Shown: in pieces, positions 33,760 through 45,500 of the stretch
How the letters are laid out: every line of letters begins with the position of its first letter
Numbering within the stretch: position 1 is the stretch's first letter
From: Nemertoderma westbladi
Lineage: Eukaryota > Animalia > Xenacoelomorpha
Direction of reading: 5' to 3'
Assembly: GCA_032718475.1 (NCBI GenBank)
Contig: JAUCBJ010007417.1
Coordinates: 36,373 to 100,372, forward strand
DNA: 64,000 nt
The notes under the pieces: model-generated
Seen by the model: only the letters and a program-made list of their open reading frames with translations
Database searches by the model: none
What the model was told of the DNA's origin: nothing
Translations under genes and position numbers: made by a program

Positions 33760-36700
33760 ATGTCTGACACTCAGCAAAACCTGTCAGACAGTCTGATCGA
33801 TACAACTATCTGTGACTCAGATAGGAGTGTGGAGCGATTAAGAAAGGAGTTCAGCTCACCTCCTACTGCAAAAAAGGTCATCCCTCCAGTAGTATCAGAC
33901 CCTAGGCTAATCCACCATAGGTCCATCATAGGCACTCGGGCACAGGTCAAACGGAACCAAGAGGCAGTTGTCCTATCGCAGCAACATCTTGGTCAAGAAC
34001 CTACTTCCCAGCGACCCGATAGCTCCAGTAGTTCGGATACTGTAGAGCTGACCCCCGAACGCGGAGTGCAGATGGTTGCTACCGTCTACTCAGACCCCCT
34101 TCTTACCCTTCCTGCTGCAGTGCTAACTACTATATTCATTGCGGTAGAGGAACATCAAGCCGATTGGGCGAGGAATAAGCGAGCGACCCAAGATAATTAT
34201 GCGGGATACGCCAGGGAAGAATTGATGTCTATTGTCGAGTCACAATGGAAATTTCCCGGACTCGGACTCCCGTTGGACCTGTCCGAGGCTACTTGGGAAG
34301 ATATACACAGGATGGGAGTGGCTAAAGATACAATGGATCCAGCTGTTTGGAAGAGGTCGGCAGCAGGATATGTGCAGGGATTCTTCGGCTCCTTGGAGCG
34401 ATTGGAAGAACAACTGTTTCGACAACCTCAAGGACCTCAAGAGCAGGAAGAGCTGCTATACCAAATACGCGAAAGAACCCTACGCATAAGACTAATCCTC
34501 TCCGCCTTTGAGGAAACTTCCAAAAGAAGACAGGACACGTCGCTGCAGGTTGCTGTCAAAACTTGGTTACATCGGGTAGATCTCAAAGTGCAGGAAACGG
34601 CCCAGTGGAAATCCCAGCTGGCTGAGAGATCACCCCATGAAGAACAAACTGATGTCACCCTTTCTCAAGCGGAAAGCGAAGAGACCGCCGAGAAGCCGCG
34701 AACTAGAGACGCTATCGACATTTATTTGTCCGACTATCAGCGATTCCTAGGAGACGAAGAGTTGAGGAGACGGCTGTCTGGACTTTCCCCTAATAGTGAA
34801 GGAACCAAGCTTGTGTTGGACTCAATCGACGCGGAAATGTTAGCTGCAAACCAAGCTGAATGTGATGAAAAACTCCGCCTCACTAGAGTCCGAGAAGAAC
34901 AAGTAAAGAAAGAATGGATAGAGAAAAGAAAGGTGGCAGCAGCAGCGGCGGCAGAAGCAGAAGCCGAAAGAAAGGCTGCAGAAGCAGAAGCCGAAAGAAA
35001 GTCGGCAGAAGCAGAAGCCGAAAGAAAGGCGGCAGAAGCAGAAGCCGAAAGAAAGTCGGCAAAAGCAGAAGCCGAAAGAAAGGCGGCAGAAGCAGAAGCA
35101 GAAGCCGAAAGAAAGGCAGCAGAAGCAGAAGCAGAAAGAAAAGCAGCAGTGGCAGAAGCAGAAGCCGAAAGAAAGGCGGCAGAAGCAGAAACAGAAAGAA
35201 AAGCAGCAGTGGCAGAAGCAGAACGTAGAGCTTCTGAGGAGACTATCCAATTGGAGTTGGAGAATCTGCAAGAGACGCAAGACAGTATAAACAAACAGTT
35301 TACTGCTAATCAAATGCAGATGATGAGAAAATCTACTCCCAAGCGCCAGGGATACACATCCTCGGAGGAAGGCGAGACTACCGATCCTGAAGGCGGAGGA
35401 AATAGATCTCATCTAAGTAGGCGTAGAAAAACATCTTACCGTCGCAAATTGCCTGATTTGCCCCCAGCTGTTAGAAGACAGCTAGCTAGCACAGACTTGA
35501 GTAGTATAGAACCTACAGCCCAAAGTATTAAGGTCCAAAGACTCTACAATAGTTGATGAGCCTGAGATAATTAGGCCTGTCGTTCCAAAAGTCACTTCTG
35601 TGTTAGAGACCCCTGTACTTCCAGAGCTTAACTCTAAATTCCCTTTACATAGTACTACACTGCCTGTACCCGGTGGAACAGTCCAAGAGAATATCCCTGT
35701 CCAGATAGCAGAGAGAGAAATCAAAAATTTGTCTCCCGTCGTCCCGCGTCAGCCCGCTACTATGTTGGCGACTCCCGCTTCGGCGGTTGAGTGGGTGGAA
35801 GAGGGACGGCGGGGGATGAATCTCCTGCTAGGACAGATGCAGGAGACTGTCCACCAACTTAAGGGAACAGTGAGGGAAGGTAGAGCAGAGTTGCAAGAAG
35901 TGCAGCAAAGTATCGCGCTAGAACGCGACAAATTAGTCAATATACAAAAGGGCATACCAATACCCCCTGTAACATTGTGTCAGCCTGTTAGGTCTGAAGT
36001 ATTACATGCGCAAGGTGTGGAGCCTACACGCATCTATACTGCTAGTGAAGTTGAAACTCCTATAACAAACCCTATTAAGGGTGATTATAGACCTGTTATT
36101 AATGATATTCCCTATAGACCTGATAATGATCCGAGAAATTTATATACCAATAATTCGATATTAAATAACACGATGGCCCAAGAAAGCTTTACGCGTCAGA
36201 TGGCTAGAACAGAAGCCCGCCAAGCGGTCAAAGTGGGAGAGATCGTCAAATTCAATGGAGATGAGATGAAATGGTTACCTTTCAACGAATATTACAAAGA
36301 TAGCATACAGAACTCTGTACTATCTAACGGAGAGAAACTTAGATTCCTCATCAAGTGCTTGGAAGGACCTCCCAAGTTAATGGCGTTAAAGTTTATTGGA
36401 CATCCAGATGGATTAAGACAAGTTTGGGATACATTAAACATCAGGTATGGTAACAAGGATAACATAGCTAAGTATTTGTATGCAAAATTAGTAGCCCCCC
36501 GACACTTCCTTAGTAGCGGGATTATAGAGTTTTCCGATGAAATTCAAGAGATCTGTAGACAACTGGACTGGTTAGGTAAGTCGCATGAATATCAGAGTTC
36601 CATGGTTATTGGAGCCGTAGTCTCTACTTTACCAAAGGGCGGAGTATGTACACGCTGGGACAAGAAAGTGTTGTACATGAATGAACAACAACGACGAAGT

Positions 36701-39346
36701 CCTACCATGGCTGATCTCATGTCCTTCTTAGATGGTGAGGTAAAACTACAACTCATCAAGCAGTCCAGAGAGAAAACATCGGAAAATAAGGTAAGTGAGA
36801 AACCCGCTTCTAGGAGAAGAGTAACACCGGTGTGTTACACTGACGACGGCGAAAGCCAAGCTTCTCAAGAAGAAGACAGCAGGAAGGACACCGAACGATC
36901 TTACTATGTTGACAAAACCTCCAAGGACGTAAGTAAATACAAGGCTCGAACCAACAATAGGAGAGAACAGGTTGTTAAGACCCCTCCTCAGTCTCCTAGC
37001 AGAATGCGCGGAAGAAAGCCCGAAGAAAGAACAAGAGTGCATCAGACTACCCAAAGTAAAGTAAGTAACATAAAACCTAACTGTGCGCTGTGCGACGGGA
37101 CCCACCGTTTGAGTTCGTGCGCGGAATTTCTAAAGAAATCCCTTGTAGACAGACGTACAGTTGTGTGGGACAAGCGGTTATGCTATAATTGCCTCAGACC
37201 AGGACACCAACGGCGAACCTGTTACTCCGACATAAAGTGTGAAAAGTGTGGTGCGAAACATCACATCTTGTTACATAGTGAGTTCGAACGAGACAAGCAG
37301 AGTCAGGTAAGTGAGTCCGAACTACATGTCCAATTCAGTGATGTAAACGACACTGATCAGGAGTCTGAGATGGAAGGATTCTATACTGACGAATTCTCCG
37401 ACGCCAACGAATCCTGTTATCTAATAAATACCGCAGTGTATCGAGCACTTACTTACGAAAAGGACATCAACAATGAGTTTCCCCTAACTACTTTCGCCAA
37501 ACAACCATCTTGGAAAGCTCCAGCTTCCAACGTAGGAATCAGAGAATTTCCTGTAGTTCAGGTAAGAGTTCACGGTCTTAACAAAAGCTACATAGTGAAC
37601 GCCCTCCTGGACTCCGGCAGCACAGGAACATTCATCGATCAAGAACTAGCCGAAGATATCTTTGCTGGACAACCCAGGTTCTGGACTAAATTGAATATGT
37701 CAGGAATTATGCAGGTTTGGAAATCTACCCTAACGGCAGATTACTATATAGGTGTGTTGTCCACCCCCCAGGATAAGTTAGGAACACAAGGTATAAGGTC
37801 AGTAAAAATGGTGGCTATAAAGAACTTTGCTACTACTCAAGCAGACCTTTATAATTGGGACGAAGATGAGAGCGTCCAACATCTTAAGATACCTCGATTC
37901 CAGACAGATTATCCTGGAGTGCAAATACTTATCGGCCAAAACGCGCACGAGGCGCTCGAAACATTAGAGAAACGGCCTGCTCAACCACAACCACTGCAAA
38001 CATATGCGGTAAGAACTAGAGTAGGTTGGTACTTTACTGGCCCTTCCCGTAGAACTCTCGAAGAGAGAATGCCACACGAACAAATACATCAAGTAAATGA
38101 TTGGGAAGTGGAAAGCAGTGAGGTGGACGAACTAACTGAGGGAACGCCATACTCCTCAGATAATGACGACATCTACCAACTCTTCGAAGAAGAGAATACA
38201 ATTGACCTACTTACAGAGAATCAAACTTGGAAAAACCAAACGAACCTATGTCAACTGATTCGCCCAACGGAATCCATTATTTATAATGACGAACTTAATG
38301 ACGAGGTAGAGCGCTACAACGCTAGAACTCGGGACGAACTCGCCGTACGATTCTTTACCCAAGAATTAGTAGAACCCAATTCATACGACAAAGCCCTGTC
38401 GATAGAAGAAGAAAGAGCCAAGCAAATCCAGGAAACAACCACACGTTTTTTAAAAGATCAAGGTAGATATGAAATCGGACTACCCTTCCGAAAACGTGAA
38501 CCCAGATTTATAAATAACAGACCCTTGGCTGAGAAAAGAATCAATCAATTACATCGGCGTCTTACAGCTAATGCTTCAGCGAAAGAAATGTACCAAACTC
38601 AGCTGAAGAAATTTATAACAAAGGGATACGCGGAGCGAGTACCGGAAGGAACACCAGTGACTGAGAGAACGTATTACTTAACACATCATTACGTTCCCAA
38701 ACCCGGTAAGCCCCATGAAGTACGAGTCGTATTCGATGGCTCTGCTCTATATATGGGCCAATCCCTTAATTCCGAGTTGTTACCAGGACCCAATATACTC
38801 CAATCTTTGTTGGGAATACTTTTGAGATTAAGACAATATTCCATCGCGTTCGCTTCCGATATCGAAGGAATGTTCTTACAAGTCAAGGCGCTGGAGAGAG
38901 ATAGAGACAGCCTGAGATTTCTGTGGTGGCCTGAAGGAGACCTCAACCAGAAACCGGTGGAGTACTGGATGACCATCCAGGCTTTTGGGATCATATCTAG
39001 CCCTTCCAACGCTTGCTCCGTGGTGCGAACCACTGCGAATGACAACCGAGACTCCTTCTCCAAAGAAGTGATAGACAACATAAAACGCAATATATACATG
39101 GACGACAATTTAAGGTCCCTTCCATCAGTAGAAGAAGCCATAGCTGTCGCGAAAGGAACGGTAGAGTGTTTGAAAAGAGGTGGATTTCGACTGACGAAAT
39201 TCACTAGTAACTCCCGTGAGTTTCTGGAAGCCATACCGGTAGAGGATCGCGGAGCGAAAGACCTAGACTTAATAAAGGACGATCTTCCTGAAACCAAGAC
39301 GCTAGGCTTGAAGTGGGACATTCATTTTTTTCATTTCTTTGTTTAA
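33760..39346 (+). pseudogene. Bel/Pao Gag-Pol: long N-terminal extension, DUF1759-like gag, three zinc knuckles, protease, RT; frameshift at ~35510-35556; truncated at LGLKWD
   Basis: FNGDEMKWLPF..EKLRFLIKCLEG; CALCDGTHRLSSC, CYNCLRPGHQRRTC, CEKCGAKHHILLH; ALLDSGS; RVVFDGS, SLNSELLPGP, DIEGMFLQV, LRFLW, YMDD, LGLKWD. RNase H and integrase are absent. Confidence 0.92.
34935..35226 (+). repeat. Coding minisatellite encoding (AEAEAERKA)n
   Basis: GCAGAAGCAGAAGCCGAAAGAAAG units in frame within ORF 33760-35556. Confidence 0.9.
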
Positions 39347-39899
39347 TTCGCATGTAGCGACAAAATAATAAACATGATAAAAAAATGTGCACGCATTAAT
39401 TACACATGTGTGAAATAATCCAGTTAAATATTGCACAATTGTAGAGAGATTAGTGTTCAAGACAAATTCTGCAGTAAAATAGCAATAAGTAAAATCGATT
39501 AAACGAAAGACCTTATAGTGGTTTTGAAAATAAGTGCTTTAAATAAAATTAATGTTTGAATATACTATATTAAAAAGAAAGATACAGTAGCTGGTCCTTA
39601 TTGATTTTATTGAATTTCCCATCAGCTGCTTATGTGGAGTATGCCTACTGCAAGAGTGACTAAGATACCAAAGTATATAATAAACATATACAATAAGCAT
39701 ACTGTAGTATAATTGTAACTATACCAGATCAACTAATATCATCATTTGATTTAATTCGCACGAGGCGACAATACCGGGTAAATGTAAATAAAAATGCACG
39801 CAAATGCACAATAAAAACAGCTGGCTAAAAATATAAAGTATGTGATTAGAATATGGATTGATATTATGTATATGTATTGATGATATAGGGATTGATATT

Positions 39900-41640
39900 A
39901 TTATATATATGATATGGATTAAGATTGATAGAATCCAAATAAAATCATAGTCAGACAAAGCGAATTATCGGTCAAAGTATTGCTGGATCCGCCTTCTTTT
40001 GGTACTAAAGGGAACATTGCACCTAAAGCAGTTTTGGATGAAATTCACCCCACCCAATTCTGGGATTGTAAGTGATCCCGACTCGACCCGTGTCCTAAGT
40101 TGTCTCCTGTCATACCTGGCCGTGCAGAGAGACCTTACGCTTGGAAGTGGATACAGGGAGCTGCAAGTTTGCTGACAAGAGCTCAGACCACCATGGGATT
40201 TAATTGTTGAGTGAGAAAGGTATCGACAGACAAGAAAGTTACATTCTGTGGCATTCGGACCATTGCAGGCACGTTGCAAGCAGCACATGTTGTCATAAGC
40301 GATCACAGCGGAGATTGGAGTTGTGTTAGTAATCTTGTGCAAAAACAGCATTTGGCACGTAACAGCTTACGTGCATCAGTCCACGCAGCACCTTCCTATA
40401 GGAAATGTCAAGTTCGCGCAGTTCCTTGTCAGTAAGCCGTCCCACCAGGAATCTCATCTTGTACAGTAGCGATGGGACCGCCGCTGTGTTCCATAGAGCG
40501 AAGAGTGTGCTCGGGTTTATTCTCCTTGCGGTCCAACCCTTCTGGTGGAAGGTCTCTGAGATTATTGTTAGATATCGTTTGAGTTCCTTCAATACTGCGG
40601 TCCTTTGTATATTTAGTGAGACGCCAAGGAATGATAATGACTTTGTTGGCTGTATAAGTACACCATTTATTTTAAGAAAACATGGAATCCCCTGACCATT
40701 ACGTCCAGATCCTAGGATATAAGTCCATTCTGTCTTTGAGCCTTCCACAGATAGACCCACACGTGCGAGTTCACAAGAGATTATCACTATCATATCTTCT
40801 AGATCCTTAACTGACTCCCCGGTTAAAAATAGATCATCCGCGTAACAAAAGAGATGAGAGTATGATGCCAGTTTTCCTGGACCGAATCCCGATTCCTTCA
40901 GTTTATCTGGTAAGAATCCGATATAGAAGGTGAATAGTACAGGTGAGATTAATGAACCTTGCTTGAGGCCACGAGTCAACTTGATTCCAATGGACTCAAC
41001 CAACTCCCCAAATTTCAGATGAATCATTGTTTTCCTATAGTAGTCAAGCAGGACTGCACAGATATGGGGATTTAATACTTCCAGTAGCTTGTCATGGAGA
41101 ACATGAAATTCGACACTGTCGAATGCTGACTTGATGTCCAGCTTGCACAGGATTGAATTCCTCCCATTTTCCCGTTGCATCTCCAATTGTTCCATGATTA
41201 CTGCTAGTGCAATATCTGTACCCAACCTTTTCCTATAGGCGAATTGCGAGCGGGGTTTAGGAAGTGCCATGAGGTATTCTGACAGAATCACAGCCTCAAA
41301 CACTTTGGAAAGAATGCTTATAGAGGCGATAGGCCTGAATGAGTTGGTTTTTAGTGGATCCCTTTGTTTTCCTTTGAAAATGTTCGTGACTACAGTCCTG
41401 CCAAAGCAAGAGGGGACCTTGCCCAGTCTGAGACAGGCATTCAATAGCTTGGCTATTGTGTCTGTAGCAATGTCCAGACTTACTAGGAGTATGTGCTCTA
41501 TTACTAAAGATCCAAAATCTGGCGCTTTCCCTGGGGATATGGCTAGGATAGCCCTCCGTACTGTAGCTTTGGACACCGAAGGAATGTTACTGTGCTGGCA
41601 CGCCACTGATATATTATGCTCCACTTCCCGTGTAAGATTT
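39900..41640 (-). mobile_element. 5'-truncated LINE fragment (RT domain and frameshifted C-terminus)
   Basis: ORF 40326-41624: GKAPD, SFRPIA, QFAYR, LDIKSAFD, GLKQG, CYADD, SFLG. It continues in ORF 39965-40351; no endonuclease domain is seen. Confidence 0.85.
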
Positions 41641-42071
41641 TCGTTTGCATCTGCCTGTTAGTTTTTAGTGTTGTATTGTAAAGTTTTGTACTGTATTATA
41701 TTGCTTAGTATTGTATTGTAAAGTTTTGTACTGTATTACATTGTTTAATATCGTATTATGTACCTTAGATACATTGGACAACAATAAATAATAATAATGG
41801 ATATCTTAAAAATAAAAAAAAATAAAAAAAAACTTACTGAGTCTGTAGTATATACTCAAGTCATGCATTTGACACCAAATACAATATTTACCAGTTGTTT
41901 CGGTTTAAGTGTATGGGCGTTGTTTGGGATAAGATTGTTTTGGTTAGGAGGTTGGGCGTTTTGGGTTTATTTATTTACAATTATTATTTAACCATCCACC
42001 TAATAGTGTATTTATTATGTATCATTAAACAGATTCTTCGCCAACTACGTGTCTCTCCCCACACCTGAAAC

Positions 42072-42300
42072 ATTGGAACTAAATTCGCATCCATTGCCAT
42101 TGGAACTAAGTTCGCATCCATTGGAACTAAATTCGCATCCATTGGAACTAAATTCGCATCCATTGGAACTAAATTCGTTTTCGTTTTTCTCTAGTTATTG
42201 GAACTAAGTTCCCCTAAATTGGAACAAAATTCGCCAAAATTGAAACTAAATTCGTTTCCATTGGAACTAAATTCGCATGAGGCTTAAATTAGAACTAAGT
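42072..42300. repeat. ~20-bp tandem/clustered repeats CATTGGAACTAAATTCGCATC, probably transposon subterminal repeats
   Basis: About 10 TTGGAACTAA(A/G)TTCG units just upstream of the UNC80 exon. Confidence 0.65.
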
Positions 42301-42404
42301 ACGGGGAATCTTAATTTTTATAGTAGACTACGGGAATCGCATTTGCAGATAGCCCCCCGATCTGTAATTTTAATTGCTATTTCTTTTTCACTTTCTCATA
42401 ATAG

Positions 42405-42599
42405 TCGAGGCATGTGCCTATGGCGATCCAATCGTTTCTATGGCGACAAACAAGTCCGTTCCTGAGGTCAAAGATTACCCGCCTATATGAAGCGTCATGT
42501 CTCTCATTCGTCAAGGTGATCGTTGAGAACAAACTAATTGGTATAAGTCCAGTACTGGTGGAAGCCATGGAGTCTGTTAGTCGTCACCAACTGATAGAG
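42405..42599 (+). CDS. UNC80: UNC80 (NALCN channelosome subunit) N-terminal exon
   Basis: SRHVPMAIQSFLWRQTSPFLRSKITRLYEASCLSFVKVIVENKLIGISPVLVEAMESVSRHQLIE matches, from recall, the conserved UNC80 N-terminus (IPLPIQTFLWRQTSAFLRPKLGKQYEASCVSFERVLVENKLHGLSPALSEAIQSISRWELVQ). Pyrimidine tract + TAG| at 42404 and donor GAG|GTAGGT at 42599; 195 nt, phase 0-0. An in-frame ATG at 42420 is an alternative start. Confidence 0.88.
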
Positions 42600-45500
42600 G
42601 TAGGTAGGTACTGGTGGAAGCCATGGAGTCTGTTAGTCGTCACCAACTGATAGAGGTAGGTACTGGTGGAAGCCATGGAGTCTGTTAGTCGTCACCAACT
42701 GATAGAGGTAGGTAGGTACTGGTGGAAGCCAAGGAGTCTGTTAGTCGTCACCAACTGATAGAGGTAGGTACTGGTGGAAGCCATGGAGTCTGTTAGTCGT
42801 CACCAACTGATAGAGGTAGGTACTGGTGGAAGCCATGGAGTCTGTTAGTCGTCAACAACTGATAGAGGTAGGTACTGGTGGAAGCCAAGGAGTCTATCAG
42901 TTGTCACCAACTGATAGAGGTAGGTACTGGTGGAAGCCATGGAGTCTGTTAGTCGTCACCAACTGATAGAGGTAGGTACTGGTGGAAGCCATGGAGTCTG
43001 TTAGTTGTCACCAACTGATAGAGGTAGGTAGGTACTGGTGGGAGCCTTGGAGTCTGTTAGTCGTTACCAACTGATAGAGGTAGGTACTGGTGGAAGCCAT
43101 GGAGTCTGTTAGTTGTCACCAACTAATAGAGGTAGGTAGGTAGTGGTGGAAGCCATGGAGTCTGTTAGTCGTCACCAACTGATAGAGGTAGGTAGGTACT
43201 GGTGGGAGCCATGGAGTCTGTTAGTCGTCACCAACTGATAGAGGTAGGTAGGTACTGGTGGGAGCCATGGAGTCTGTTAGTCGTCACCAACTGATAGAGG
43301 TAGGTACTGGTGGAAGCCATGGAGTCTGTTAGTCGTCACCAACTGATAGAGGTAGGTAGGTACTGGTGGAAGCCATGGAGTCTGTTAGTCGTCACCAACT
43401 GATAGAGGTAGGTACTGGTGGAAGCCATGGAGTCTGTTAGTCGTCACCAACTGATAGAGGTAGGTACTGGTGGAAGCCATGGAGTCTGTTAGTCGTCACC
43501 AACTGATAGAGGTAGGTAGGTACTGGTGGGAGCCATGGAGTCTGTTAGTCGTCACCAACTGATAGAGGTAGGTAGGTACTGGTGGAAGCCATGGAGTCTG
43601 TTAGTCGTTACCAACTGATAGAGGTAGGTACTGGTGGAAGCCATGGAGTCTGTTAGTCGTCACCAACTGATAGAGGTAGGTAGGTACTGGTGGAAGCCAT
43701 GGAGTCTGTTAGTCGTCACCAACTGATAGAGGTAGGTAGGTACTGGTGGAAGCCATGGAGTCTGTTAGTCGTCACCAACTGATAGAGGTAGGTACTGGTG
43801 GAAGCCATGGAGTCTGTTTAGTCGTCACCAACTGATAGAGGTAGGTACTGGTGGAAGCCATGGAGTCTGTTAGTCGTCACCAACTGATAGAGGTAGGTAG
43901 GTACTGGTGGAAGCCATGGAGTCTGTTAGTCGTCACCAACTGATAGAGGTAGGTACTGGTGGAAGCCATGGAGTCTGTTAGTCGTCACCAACTGATAGAG
44001 GTAGGTACTGGTGGAAGACATGGAGTCTGTTAGTCGTCACCAACTGATAGAGGTAGGTACTGGTGGAAGCCATGGAGTCTGTTAGTCGTCACCAACTGAT
44101 AGAGGTAGGTACTGGTGGAAGCCATGGAGTCTGTTAGTCGTCACCAACTGATAGAGGTAGGTACTGGTGGAAGCCATGGAGTCTGTTAGTCGTCACCAAC
44201 TGATAGAGGTAGGTACTGGTGGAAGCCATGGAGTCTGTTAGTCGTCACCAACTGATAGAGGTAGGTAGGTACTGGTGGAAGCCATGGAGTCTGTTAGTCG
44301 TCACCAACTGATAGAGGTAGGTACTGGTGAAAGCCATGGAGTCTGTTAGTCGTCACCAACTGATAGAGGTAGGTACTTGTGGAAGCCAAGGAGTCTGTTA
44401 GTCGTCACCAACTGATAGAGGTAGGTAGGTACTGGTGGGAGCCATGGAGTCTGTTAGTCGTCACCAACTGATAGAGGTAGGTAGGTACTGGTGGAAGCCA
44501 TGGAGTCTGTTAGTCGTCACCAACTGATAGAGGTAGGTACTGATGGAAGCCAAGGAGTCTGTTTAGTCGTCACCAACTGATAGAGGTAGGTACTGGTGGA
44601 AGCCATGGAGTCTATTTAGTCGTCACCAACTGATAGAGGTAGGTAGGTACTGGTGGGAGCCATGGAGTCTGTTAGTCGTCACCAACTGATAGAGGTAGGT
44701 ACTGATGGAAGCCAAGGAGTCTGTTAGTCGTCACCAACTGATAGAGGTAGGTACTGATGGAAGCCAAGGAGTCTGTTTAGTCGTCACCAACTGATAGAGG
44801 TAGGTAGGTACTGGTGGAAGCCATGGAGTCTGTTAGTCGTCACCAACTGATAGAGGTAGGTAGGTACTGGTGGAAGCCATGGAGTCTGTTAGTCGTCACC
44901 AACTGATAGAGGTAGGTAGGTACTGGTGGAAGCCAAGGAGTCTGTTTAGTCGTCACCAACTGATAGAGGTAGGTACTGGTGGAAGCCATGGAGTCTGTTT
45001 AGTCGTCAACAACTGATAGAGGTAGGTAGGTACTGGTGGAAGCCATGGAGTCTGTTAGTCGTCACCAACTGATAGAGGTAGGTAGGTACTGGTGGAAGCC
45101 AAGGAGTCTGTTTAGTCGTCACCAACTGATAGAGGTAGGTACTGGTGGAAGCCATGGAGTCTGTTTAGTCGTCACCAACTGATAGAGGTAGGTAGGTACT
45201 GATGGAAGCCAAGGAGTCTGTTTAGTCGTCACCAACTGATAGAGGTAGGTACTGGTGGAAGCCATGGAGTCCGTTTAGTCGTCACCAACTGATAGAGGTA
45301 GGTACTTGTGGAAGCCAAGGAGTCTGTTAGTCGTCACCAACTGATAGAGGTAGGTAGGTACTGATGGAAGCCAAGGAGTCTGTTTAGTCGTCACCAACTG
45401 ATAGAGGTAGGTACTGGTGGAAGCCATGGAGTCCGTTTAGTCGTCACCAACTGATAGAGGTAGGTAGGTACTGATGGAAGCCAAGGAGTCTGTTTAGTCG

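Larger units (their letters stand above)
30200..39322 (+). mobile_element. Bel/Pao LTR retrotransposon internal region, truncated after RT; probable long 5' leader (~30200-33759); no LTR identified
   Basis: Gag-Pol motifs in ORFs 33760-35556 and 35600-39346. Assigning the non-coding leader to this element is inference. Confidence 0.75.

Noticed and set aside
1254-41624. Reverse transcriptases plus arrays as a prokaryote-style RT system (retron, DGR, RT-CRISPR)
   Set aside because: All RTs belong to ordinary LINE, Gypsy or Bel/Pao elements, and no sequence link between them and the array units was seen apart from the LINE abutting array 1.
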